In this document: piece by piece, positions 37,649 through 49,100 of the stretch
How positions within the stretch are numbered: position 1 is the first letter of the stretch
How the letters are laid out: every line of letters starts with the position of its first letter
Assembly: GCA_001599295.1 (NCBI GenBank)
Contig: BCGN01000001.1
Coordinates: 992,001 to 1,056,000, forward strand
DNA length: 64,000 nucleotides
From: Sporopachydermia quercuum
Lineage: Eukaryota
Direction of reading: 5' to 3'
Notes under the pieces: model-generated
The model's input: only the letters and a program-made list of their open reading frames with translations
Databases searched by the model: none
What the model was told of the DNA's origin: nothing
Position numbers and translations under genes: made by a program

Positions 37649-38601
37649 GNTCAAGGAATTATGCTCGAAGATGTTAGTGCTCTCGATAAGAGCCTGGTCT
37701 CTTTTAATCCAGGTAAAAGAGTAGATGATGTATTCTATCTCCTCCTATTTTATCTTCTATTCTATCTATCCTATACTATCCTATACTATCCTGATCTCTC
37801 CTATAGATGAGATGAGCCGCGCATAAGTTGTCACCTTCTAGCAGCAATCTACTCCCTTGCCAGCAGTACACCAAAGTTCAACAGTCTACGACACTATAGC
37901 AGGTGATCCAAAAGTAAATCAGTGATCCACTTATCCCCTTTGAACAAAAAGTAACCAGTCAATACACAATTCAGTGCACAATTCATTTTGCTTATAGTCA
38001 ATTTCTTTTCGATGGAAATGTCATGTTTGAGTAATCATTTACAGATCACGTTATCTAAAAGGAGTAAGTTAGTAAATGGNTTTTNTTGTATGATGATATA
38101 ATCATTTAAATCTTGATACTAGAATTCTGAATCTTCATACCTTCCCCCTTCTTTTTGTTTCACAGCCATTTGATAGATAAGTACGATTGATTGTTGAGCG
38201 ATTCTATCCGGCTGAACAGTTGATTGAGTTAATTGGATGTTAATACGGGTGATTGAAATCAGTGAATAAAAGGAGATTTCTGTTAGTATAGAAGGAAACT
38301 GAACTGCATGATAGCTGAATGAAAGCCANGGAAACCCAAAGCAAATTGTGTATAGTTGGAAATACTGCTGAATATACTCGGAATTGGCTATTGATCTATC
38401 AAGGTACAAGAAGGGAAGAAAGAGGTANTGACTATTTCAAACTAGCTCATAGATTGATCGAGACCTCATAAGAGAGAAGAAAAGTTAAAGGGGTTAAACT
38501 CATTGCCGTAGGTAGTTTCTGACTGAGTTTGCTATAGAGAAAAAAGAATAGAAAAGGTTGAAACCAGCAAGATAGATAATAGTATCCTTAAGTTCTCCAT
38601 A

Positions 38602-39360
38602 ATGTCGGACGAGGGAGCATCATTGAACGAGCAGCTGATTGAAGCTTCTCGCAGAAACAACGTGGAATTATTAGAAGAAGTGTTGAAACAAGTCCCTGAT
38701 GCAGAAGCCAAAGCTAAACTTATCAACGAAGCAAGAGATCCTGTTGGAAATACAGCATTGCATCTTACGGCAATAGCTGGCAATTATGAATGTATGGATA
38801 TACTATTAGACCAGGAAGGAGTTGAGGTTGATCCACTTACTAGATTAGATGGTGAGACACCATTGCATTTAGCTGTTCGGTACTCTGTGAATGAACCTGA
38901 ACATGGTGCTTTTATCGTTGAAGAGCTAATTGAAGCAGGTGCGGACCCAAGGTAAGTTCGATAGGTTGAACGTTAAAAGCTATTTCAGCTCGTGATGTTG
39001 TAGTGCTATTTAATCAGTATACAGGTAGCTGTTGTACAATTGACCCAACATCGGAGTACCTTCTACTATTCCTTTTTTTTTTAATTTTTAAATTTTTTTT
39101 TTTGTTCTTATTCGGCCATTCATCAGGCATAAATATAAATATACTAACTTTCGTTCAATAGAATTAGAAATAAAAGTGGCCAGTTGCCAAAAGATCTATG
39201 CTCACCCTCCAATACTCAACTGGTGAATACATTACAATCGGCAATNTTAGCTGCTACAATGATGGGTACTGCAGCTAGCGAAGAGAATACTGGCGAGGAA
39301 GGAGATAGTTCCGACGACCAAGATGAAGNGGAAGAATCCGATTCTGGCTCAGATCTCTAG
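38602..39360 (+). CDS. Small ankyrin-repeat protein (YGL242C-like), 2 exons
   Basis: Exon 1 38602-38951, intron 38952-39161 (GTAAGT...TACTAAC-TTTCGTTCAATAG), exon 2 39162-39360. EGAS..EQL.EA.RRNN, GNTALH, DGETPLHLAV, AGADPR|IRNK.G..P, acidic tail. Lies between KAP114 and TAD1. Confidence 0.88.
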
Positions 39361-39649
39361 AGAAAGCATAGAACAAAACAGAACATTAGTTTATCTATGC
39401 AGATTATGTCTATTTGCATATTTCATAAGTAAATCATTCTATTTATATGAAACCAATAATCTATTGAAAAACGATATAAGCATACCATTAGTACTGTTAG
39501 TGTTCTCCTATACCTATCAGATTTATATCCATGGCATGGCTACTCTTATATTTGTCATAATAATCATCATCATCAATATTATTTATTATTTAATTGATAT
39601 ATCAGATTATCGAACCATGAAACCATCACTAGCAACTNTTTTTTCTTTG

Positions 39650-40939
39650 CTATACTTCTATCCTTACATCATCTTTTGCCGTATGTACTCTACCTTTCAA
39701 ACTATTGTATACAAGATTCTTAACTTCATTTCTACCTGAAGTTTGCTCAAGTACTTTCTTCCATTCTAAATAACTGCTAGGAACTATTATGTCCAAACCT
39801 GATATCTCATTCATCAGCCATAGCAGCCTTTTCACTAACGCATAACGTGAGACTTCGCTTACTCCAGCAAGCATTTTCCCTTCTAAACTGACAACTGCTT
39901 TAAGCTGATCAGCATGTTTTCCTTTGAACATCTTTTTACAACCAAGATTTAGCCCATTAGACAAGGCTTCGAACAATAAGGGCCGATGCTTCTTACTATC
40001 AAAGATTATCATACTACTAATATTACAAGGAACCCTTTCCTTTGCTTGACGATCTTCAAAATCCACATCAATAGTGTAAATTTCAACAGGATTGTATGAA
40101 TATTCCATTGATAGGATATTCTCTCTAGGAATGAAATCGTTAAATCGTCTGTAAAAGCATCTGCAATTATCTTCTATTATTCTCTTTGACAATTCCTTTG
40201 GAAATAAATAATTTGGGTATACGATACCTTTAATAAACATTCCTTTCGGCGATATAATTGACGTATTGACTGTGCTCATCAAAGAAAGGACTTGTTTCAT
40301 AGCCAGTTTATCGCTACAGGATTTACTCAGAGTCAACGGCGAATCTCTCCTCCCTGGTTTTGTTCTAACTACTCCAGTTTCATGAAAAAATGCTCTACCT
40401 CTTCTTACTATACCTTCAAAATGAAACTCATCAGCACTGTCAGTATTCCAAGGTGTATCACTTTCCTGCTTGTCAATGGTGCACGTCAAGCTTGCATCTC
40501 CACAAGGTAATTCGGTGAGAAACAGGTACAATGATAAAGTACTTCTCAAGTAAAATTTTCTGTGAGCAGCTTCAAAAACCATTGAATCACTTTCTAAGCC
40601 ATCGTTTACTTTTACGCATTCTTCCAGGACAAATCTGTTGAATGCGCGGATACATAGGATCTCTCCATGCGTATCATGTACTGTTTGACATTTGCTGATT
40701 TTTACTATGTCATCAGGTAGACATTTGACACCTGTGGCCATACAGCAAACCGCTGATTTATTCGATACATCATCATAAGCGATAATAGCGCTTAANGTAG
40801 TCCATTCCTTCACATCGTTATCTCTAGTTTTCGGAAATCCTTTCCGATATTGCTTATGTTTCTTATATGATGAGTATTGAGACAATACATCTTTGATAGC
40901 ACTAGCAATAGGTTCAGCACATTGTTGAGGTATGCTCAT
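39650..40939 (-). CDS. TAD1: tRNA-specific adenosine deaminase 1 (ADAT1)
   Basis: EWT.LSAI, ATGVKCLP, VHD.HGEIL..RAFNR, PCGDAS, VRTKPGR.DS..TLSKSCSDKL. Confidence 0.93.
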   Translation of the reverse strand: MSIPQQCAEPIASAIKDVLSQYSSYKKHKQYRKGFPKTRDNDVKEWTXLSAIIAYDDVSNKSAVCCMATGVKCLPDDIVKISKCQTVHDTHGEILCIRAFNRFVLEECVKVNDGLESDSMVFEAAHRKFYLRSTLSLYLFLTELPCGDASLTCTIDKQESDTPWNTDSADEFHFEGIVRRGRAFFHETGVVRTKPGRRDSPLTLSKSCSDKLAMKQVLSLMSTVNTSIISPKGMFIKGIVYPNYLFPKELSKRIIEDNCRCFYRRFNDFIPRENILSMEYSYNPVEIYTIDVDFEDRQAKERVPCNISSMIIFDSKKHRPLLFEALSNGLNLGCKKMFKGKHADQLKAVVSLEGKMLAGVSEVSRYALVKRLLWLMNEISGLDIIVPSSYLEWKKVLEQTSGRNEVKNLVYNSLKGRVHTAKDDVRIEV

Positions 40940-41955
40940 GATGTTTCCCTACTNAACAGCCTCCTGCAGCCTCAAGCCAGTAAGTCAATCCGAATGGGTT
41001 ACATCAACCAAATTAGGAACATAGTGCGTTTACTAGAATATCTTTGAAGGAGAACAAGAAAGATGAGAAGATGATCAGTTGCTATGGCAAGTTGACCAGC
41101 AGCACAATTAGCTGCTATGAAATGAGACGCGATGTTGACTTCTGCAATGTTGGAAGAGATGAGACTGCCAATGGCAAGATTACCAACGTTTATTTGATTG
41201 GAGAATTCACCAATAGTGACAAAATACAACAAATTATTTGGAATTTGTTGACAACTGTAGCTGATGAATTATTTACATTCAAATTGGTACTTTCTCAGTT
41301 TTTTACTTGCTAATGTTTTTGTACCTAATATCAATATAGAAGAAGATGTCATCAAAATGATAGCAAATTACGGAAATAATCTCATATTCATGTGCCATAG
41401 AAATGGTAACCAGTTCAGTTCAAACTAGTTGGGTTTTCTCTGTTCATACCAATTTCCTTATCAAATAAATCANTGACATTCTTCAGAATTTTCAATTCCT
41501 TTAATCAAACACTTCCAGAAGATTTACTATAACATCTCAGGTTCTTACCCTGTAGTGCACTCTTCAAATCTCAAAGAATAAGATGTTTCGTTCTTCCAAC
41601 CTTCAGTTTCAAAGTCTTCAGCCTTCAGCGTGCGAACTGAAGACCGCTGTAAAAAGCCATAAATACCTTTTAAGGTAACAACATGTCACCATAGCTTTAT
41701 TTTTCCATCATCAATCATAGATTATCGGTGATTCCCTGTCAACAAAAAAAAAATAAACTGACAAACAATTTTGAGATGTCCCAATTAAAGTTCCCATTCA
41801 TTCTGAAAAAGGGGCCCAAAACCTTATTTTGATTATGCTGATGAGATGAAAATTCATCATTATGCCAATACTTTTCAGAATGATCTGTAGAGAGAAATAG
41901 AAGGTGAAGGCATACTAGATATAACTTAATGTTTTGTTGTAAATTCTAAGCTAAA

Positions 41956-41999
41956 TGACTCAATGTAATCCATCNATTCTGACTTTTGTTCTTGACTCA
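41956..41999. promoter_or_regulatory. Two TGACTCA (Gcn4/AP-1) sites in the TAD1 / F-box divergent promoter
   Basis: TGACTCA at 41956-41962 and 41993-41999. Confidence 0.4.
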
Positions 42000-42656
42000 C
42001 GACTAGTAATTGTTAGTTCCTAATTATCGTATTTTGTCTAAGAATCGATGGTCAAGAGTATGGGAATTGTCATTGTGAACCCATTTTTTTCAATAGAATC
42101 AAAAATCAACACTATAAAAACATAAGTGTTAGATTTAAAGCTGTTAAGGAAAAAAAGGATATAATTTACCTCTGTCAATTTCAATGATTCAACTATATTT
42201 TCAACGTTAAAACTATTAACGCGCCTGCCTCATGCTCCCTACCCCTTCCCCTTAAACCGGTTATTAACGTTCCTGTTCCTCTCTGCAATGTATTACGTAT
42301 GGTATGTAACGACATACCAACTGCCTAGCCCTTTGAGGCCAAATAGTTGATTCACAATAAAGCACTCAAATCATCCCTTATATTAGATTCATATCCTGTC
42401 AATTACTCCTTTTACAACCTCTTCTTTTGATATATTTTTCTCATACAGTTCCTTCTTTTCCTCTATGTAATTGTTTATCTATTGGCTTTGATACTCTCTA
42501 GACAGCCCCCATTCCTTATCTCTTCTGTTTCTCAGAACCTCCATTCTAAGTACTATTTCATATGACGTAATCGAAAAGTCGCTATCTATCATCTGTTCTC
42601 GCAAGACCTTTCTATGGGGAAGGTAAATCTACTTATATCGGAAGAACTGCATCAAG

Positions 42657-45497
42657 ATGACAACAGCATCCACAGGACCAGTTAATCACAGGGCTTATGC
42701 TCATTTGAAAGATACCTTGGTATATGGAAAAACGAAGAAATGTACTAGAGGAGTACTAGGGAAAGAAAGTATAACGTCCAGACAAAGACATGTAGAAGCC
42801 AATGTGCAAAAGGAGATATTTAGTCATTTCAAAGGCAATGAAGCAGTTCGACAGCTTTATTCATTAGAACTAGGATTACCATCACCAAGAGAAGAATTTA
42901 AAGCGGAAAAAGAAGAAGCAATGGATTCAACAGAAATCATGTCTTTCAATAGCAATGATAGTTATATCAACGCCAAAGCAGGCTTTGCCTTAGGATCCAA
43001 CAACTACACATTTTCATGCAAACAATCAACAGACCAACAATCAAATAGTAATTACAGCTATTACCCTATACAATTAACACCACCTGAGACGCCAGAAATT
43101 GAAATAAATTTTTGTTTGAAGGTTGCAACGAATAAAAATGAACTCTTGAATGACAAATTCACACTGGATACTCTTCCCTTTGAAATACGGCAAATGATCG
43201 CCGAAGAATGTAGCCAGGCAGACGCGTTTCATCTTTGCATGACATCAAGAAACCTATACGAATCAAGCGTTGACCGGCTATATCAATGTATTATTTTTGA
43301 CTCATCCTATCGTCATTTTAGCAATAAAGAAATTGATCATAAGAGAGAAATCACTGATTCTCATGGTAGTTTAGGGCCAGGAGGTAATTCTTTCAATAGT
43401 ACAACGAAATGCACCAAGCGGTTCATCGCGTCAACGACAGTGAGAACAGAAGGTGGAATTAGAGCTTGTTTACGTGCCCTACAGAGAAAAGACGGCCATT
43501 TTGCTCGAATGGTTCGAAGATTTGAATGCTTGAACCACCCTGATATTCCCGAGATCGAACTCAGACTAGCATCGAACAAAATTTTTCCCTTTATGGAAAA
43601 CCTACAAACTATAATATGGAAATGCAATCCTAAACTATCACCAGATTTGCTTATGAAGCTACCAAATGCTCTAAACAGGCTTTCAGATCATCAACTGTCA
43701 ACCAATCGGCAGCAAGCATCAATTACTGCTACACCTACATCTTCTAGTCTTAGCGGTAAATACACTCCTAGTGCTATCAACACACTCGTATTAGATGCTC
43801 AATTAAAACAAGAAATAGCTTCCAATCGTTTTATAAATCTTGTGTTTCCAGAATTGATTCATTTTGCAATCTCTCCTTTCAACAAAACAACCCACTTAAA
43901 GGCGCTTGCCACGATGATTTTCAACTCTTACGCTTATAATGATAATTCGTCGAACCTGAAATCTTTATATCTTTCTAAAGAAGAACCCCTACGTCCTACA
44001 TATAGCAGTGATATGGGCAGTCAACCCAACGGTGGCATCAGTTTAGTTGGAGGCAACGAATTACCTGCTTTTGGTGTAACTAGTTCTATATCTGGTATTG
44101 GGTATGGCAATAATGCNGGCTTTGGTCATAATGTTTTCAATATGTCATCAAGTAACTTAGATAACATGGAATCTGACTCTATAAAGAATTTCTTTGGTCA
44201 GTTGTATAAATATGGCATGAAGCAGTTGAGTACGGTGGCTGAAAATGAGAAACAAAACGGTACTACTAGCAGAAGTAATTCACTAGAATTCAATGAGCTC
44301 TGGGAATCTGCTGATTATGATACAGATGAAGAAACATTTGGTCTTTATAGTCGACCTTCTATAGGAGTATTTGAGAATCTAGAAAAGCTAGGACTTGAAT
44401 CAATAGTTGTTATTCCGAGTGATGCGGATATTATTGCAAGAGTTGTTCCTTTAAAGCAATTAACAACTTTGAACTTTATAAACATATTTGAAGCCCAAGG
44501 GCATGATGCAGTAAACAATCATCACGGCTTGCATTATAATGATTATTCGATGTACCCTGATTATAGAACATTTTTACAACGACTAGCTGGTCTCACTCCT
44601 AACGTCAAGCATTTAACCTTGGATTGGCACGAGGAGTTCTATCATAATGGGCCTGAATATATTAGATCTATGACTGGTTTGGAATCATTGAAACTGAGAA
44701 TTAGATGGAATAGCAATGGAAGGCTAAATGTACCTTCCTGGGATGAATTGTGTCAAGATTATATAAATGCTATTATTCATTTCCGGGCAACACTGAAGCA
44801 TTTAACTATTGAAACATTAGAAGAATCAGCTTATGAACGATCAATCAAGAAGATTCCTGAAGATATTTTATATCAATTAACTGTATGTAAGGAGTTAGTG
44901 TCGTTAAGAGTTCATATGCAATCATTATCGCAGGCGGTGTCAATATCTCCTTTCCTTGACCCAGAACTAGCTTCTCTGACCCAAACTACGAGCTACGATT
45001 CTGGCTTATATGCTAGTGAGTTTCCGCCGCCACCACCAATGAGAAGGCAATCTTCATTATCAACACCCCAAGTAACAGCTGCTCTTTCAGCTCAACAACA
45101 AGCAATTATTTCAGCACAACAGAAAGTTGCCAATGAGTTCCTTGGTCAATTTCCTAAACTGCAGTACATCGATTTATTTGGCGATTCAAGGCCATCATAT
45201 TTAGGTCAGACGTTATCAGTTTCTTCGTACTTGCTTGAAGATTGGATGCGGTTTAAATCGTTTGTTCAAAAGGTTGTTGAGAATACTACCAGTGTAGAGT
45301 ACGTCAGGCTGGATAATAGTATCTTCGATCTGAGAGTTGAAAGATGTAGGAATGGAAGTGCCAATGGGGATAGAATATCCACTTGCGGAGATTGTAGAGA
45401 GAGAAAAAAAAAATCGACTGGATATGGTGTTGTAAGAGAAGGAATAGANCAATGGTTTGACAACGAGATAGGTGACTGCTGGCCGTGGAATTTATGA
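42657..45497 (+). CDS. F-box protein with probable C-terminal leucine-rich-repeat-like region
   Basis: F-box-like LDTLPFEIRQMIAEEC.QAD..HLC.TSR.LY...V.RLY, followed by repeated L..L.L motifs (LKSLYL, LEKLGL, VKHLTL, LESLKL, LKHLTI). Confidence 0.75.
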   Translation: MTTASTGPVNHRAYAHLKDTLVYGKTKKCTRGVLGKESITSRQRHVEANVQKEIFSHFKGNEAVRQLYSLELGLPSPREEFKAEKEEAMDSTEIMSFNSNDSYINAKAGFALGSNNYTFSCKQSTDQQSNSNYSYYPIQLTPPETPEIEINFCLKVATNKNELLNDKFTLDTLPFEIRQMIAEECSQADAFHLCMTSRNLYESSVDRLYQCIIFDSSYRHFSNKEIDHKREITDSHGSLGPGGNSFNSTTKCTKRFIASTTVRTEGGIRACLRALQRKDGHFARMVRRFECLNHPDIPEIELRLASNKIFPFMENLQTIIWKCNPKLSPDLLMKLPNALNRLSDHQLSTNRQQASITATPTSSSLSGKYTPSAINTLVLDAQLKQEIASNRFINLVFPELIHFAISPFNKTTHLKALATMIFNSYAYNDNSSNLKSLYLSKEEPLRPTYSSDMGSQPNGGISLVGGNELPAFGVTSSISGIGYGNNXGFGHNVFNMSSSNLDNMESDSIKNFFGQLYKYGMKQLSTVAENEKQNGTTSRSNSLEFNELWESADYDTDEETFGLYSRPSIGVFENLEKLGLESIVVIPSDADIIARVVPLKQLTTLNFINIFEAQGHDAVNNHHGLHYNDYSMYPDYRTFLQRLAGLTPNVKHLTLDWHEEFYHNGPEYIRSMTGLESLKLRIRWNSNGRLNVPSWDELCQDYINAIIHFRATLKHLTIETLEESAYERSIKKIPEDILYQLTVCKELVSLRVHMQSLSQAVSISPFLDPELASLTQTTSYDSGLYASEFPPPPPMRRQSSLSTPQVTAALSAQQQAIISAQQKVANEFLGQFPKLQYIDLFGDSRPSYLGQTLSVSSYLLEDWMRFKSFVQKVVENTTSVEYVRLDNSIFDLRVERCRNGSANGDRISTCGDCRERKKKSTGYGVVREGIXQWFDNEIGDCWPWNL

Positions 45498-46195
45498 TAA
45501 CAAAGGTAGGGAGCAATTACGACGTAACGACTAATGACAAGCAAATAAAGGTAGGAGGTAAAAGAAATTGAAGCAAAGGGATCCTGTAGTGATAGCAATT
45601 AGATATTATAGTTAGCTGACAAATAAATGATAATAAATGATTTAAAGTATAAATGATTCAAAGTATTAGAATTACTATCAATGAGTGTAGGAATAACAAC
45701 ACACTGTAAATTTCGGAGAACATACGCAAATCTTTAGAACCACCCACCAACTTTTCAAACCTTATTATATATCTTCCGGAACCTGGGCTCACAAGCTCCG
45801 GAATTCAGTCACCTCAAACACCCCCATTCAGGCAAATTGACTTTTTTTCATCTTTCAGCTCCCAGCTTCCACAATGAAAACAGGTTATTCCTTACTGAAA
45901 TGTGTAATCATTGATTATATCAATAGAAATATATATGTATAAATAGCAATCAAATACCTTTTTATTGAAGCTATTAAGATTGTCTACTAGTTCAAGAAAT
46001 CTCAGTGATTGTTCTGAACGAATCATCAATCAACACCGTTAATTAGGTTTGCATTCTATTGTTGATTGCTTGATTCCTTGATTGATTTGATTGTATTGTC
46101 TTGTATTTGGTGTATATTGATCACTATCACTATCACTTTTATTACACCAGGAAACATACAAACAAACAAACCAATCAGTCTAAACATACTCAAGG

Positions 46196-49100
46196 ATGTC
46201 ACGACGTAGAATCATTGATGACGAAGACGAAATTGTCGACGATATTCCGGATGATGATGACAGACAACAAAGAGGTGATAGCGATGCAGAAGAGGATAAC
46301 GATTTAGATTCATCAGAGGAAGAAGAAGATGATGATGAAGAAGAAATGCAGAAAGTGAAAGAAGGTTTCATTGTAGATGATGACGACGAAGAAGGAAACG
46401 AAGGATCAGAAGATGACAGCGAACGTAGGAAGAAAAAGAAGAAGAAGAAGAGAAAGAAGAAGGTAGAACAACATGAAAGTGATGATGAACTGCTAGAAGA
46501 TGATTTAGAATTGTTGATTGAAAATGCAGGTGGTGTTGTTGAACCATCTGATAGCAGCAGAAAATTCAAACGTTTGAAACGTGGTGGAGATTCTGAGGAA
46601 CAGACTCAGCAAACTAAAAGAGGATTAACTGATATTTTTTCTGATGACGAAGAAGAAGAAGAAGAACTAGAGGCTGAATATGATTCTACAAGGAAAGAGA
46701 GTTCTAACAGACATCGAAGGCCGATTGACGAGCTTGATGATTTTATTGAAGATGATGAGTTTTCTGATGTTGACGCTGAAGAAAGAAGGAAAGAGATAGA
46801 AGAAACTCGGCGGAATAGACGTAAAGCTGCTATGAATATAGCTAGAGATGATATCGATAATGATAAGCTTGCAGAATTATACGAAATATTTGGTGATGGT
46901 GATGATTATGCTTGGGCTTTAGAAGCTGAAAATGAACTCGGCGATGAGCAGTTTGCTGGTGAAGATGAAGAAGGTGCAGCGGCTGCTCCTTCGTTAAAAG
47001 ACGTATTTGAAGCTTCAGAATTGAAAGAGAAAATGCTTACCGATGAAGATAATCAAGTACGAGCTTTAGATATTCCAGAGAGATTTCAAAGCCGTAGAGC
47101 TGGTTTAAAATCTGATTATAATATAAATGCTGAAGAATTCAGACAGAAACAAATTTGGGTATGCGAGCAACTGATCAAAGAGAAAGATGCATTCTTAGAT
47201 AATAAGCCGTACCTTAAAGATGCTTTGGGTGCATCAATTAAAAAGTGTGTTGAGTTTATTGCTAAGGATTTATTCGAAGTTCCATTCATTTGGTACCATA
47301 GACGGGATTATTTGATTTATAATGAGAAAGTCCCTTCAGCGAATCAGGAAGATGGGTTCACATTCAAATCAGAAAGATTACTAGAGATTGACGATCTATG
47401 GAGAATTCTCGATCTGGATACTGAATATCATATAATTTATGATAAGCGTATTGCTGTCCAGAATCTGTATGATAAACTAGAAAAGTACGATGGTGTTTAT
47501 ACGTCGGCTTTAGAAACAGCTAAAACATTAGATGATTATCAAGATATTATGGAATATTTACAATTCACATATTCTGTTGATTTAAAGCTTTTAAATAGAG
47601 AAGATTCAGATGATGAAACAGCTGCAGTTGGTAATAGTGTTAAGAAGAAATCTAAAAGACATCATAAATTTGGTTTATACGAAAGAGTCAAACAAGATCG
47701 TGTTTATGAATTGGTCAAAGCTTTTGGTATATCAGCAAGCGATTGTTGTGATAATCTTGTTGAAGGCCAAAGAATCCATCCTGTTGAAGATTACCTAGAT
47801 GGAGCTGACATTTTGGCAGAAGAAATAGCTGAATCTGCTGAAGCAATGTATAATAAACCCGACACCGTCTTAGAAGTGGCCAACTCAACATTTGTTGACG
47901 AAATCTCTTATAATCCAAGACTTAAAACGCATTTAAGACAATTATATAACACACATGGCGTTTTATCAGTGAATCTCACCGGTAGAGGTAGAATTAAAAT
48001 CGATTCTACCCATCCTTATTATGAGTTTAAGTATTTAAAGGATATTCCTTTAATCAATCTAAGACTGAAACCCGAACTGTTTCTAAAGATGATGGATGCT
48101 GAATTAGAAGGATTGGTTAAACTAAAGCTAGGTTTACCAGAATACGAACAGTTCATTGAGCATTATTTCAATATCAGCTTGGCTTCTGATGGTGTTTCCG
48201 ATATCTCTGCTTCTTGGAACGGATTGAGAAAAATCGTCTTGAAAGCAGTACTAGATAAATTGAACCCAATTGTTGCTCAAGTGATTAAAGGCCGATTGAA
48301 GAGAGACTGTGAAAGATCTGTTGCATTCAAGGTCAAGCAATCTTTCAAAAAGAAGCTCGATCAGGCTCCCTACAAACCAAGTGGATATGAACTAGGTACT
48401 ATTCCAAGAGTACTAACTCTTTCATCTGGTAATGGTGAATACGGACGTGATGCAATATTAGCAGCATTTCTAGATGAGGATACGAATGTACTAGAACAAG
48501 TTCAATTTAATGACAGTCAAGACTCTGAAAACTTCAAGAGAGAATTCTCAAGTGTTGTTTTGAGAAGAAAACCTGATGTTATTGGTATTTCCGGTTTCAG
48601 TATTAATAGCAAAAAGCTATTCAAAGTTATCAAAGAAATCGTCCAGACTGAAGACTTAGCTAATAAATTGAACGTTGATTCTTCATCAGCTCAACTAGAA
48701 GTTGTTTGGGTTGACGATGAAGTTGCCAGATCCTATCAAAACTCTGAACGAGCAAAGAAAGAGTTTCCTAATCAAAGTATTCTTGGTAGATATGTTATTG
48801 CACTAGCTAGATATCTTCAATCACCTTTACTGGAATACGTTGCCTTAGGCAAAGAGATCAAAGTATTGAAATTCCATCAAGATCAAGATCTATTGTCTGA
48901 ACAGTCATTATTAAATGCTATTGAAACTGCCTTCGTTGATATGGTGAATTTGGTCGGTGTCGATATCAACGAAGCAGCAAGAGAATCTTATTTTGCTAAT
49001 GCTTTACAATACATTTCTGGTTTAGGATTGAGAAAAGCTTCAGGTATTATACAACAGATTCAATCTAAAGGTGGAGCTATCTATAATCGTGCTGAGCTTG

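Noticed and set aside
40999..41313. Small ORFs upstream of TAD1
   Set aside because: TTG starts, no family motif, and a promoter location.
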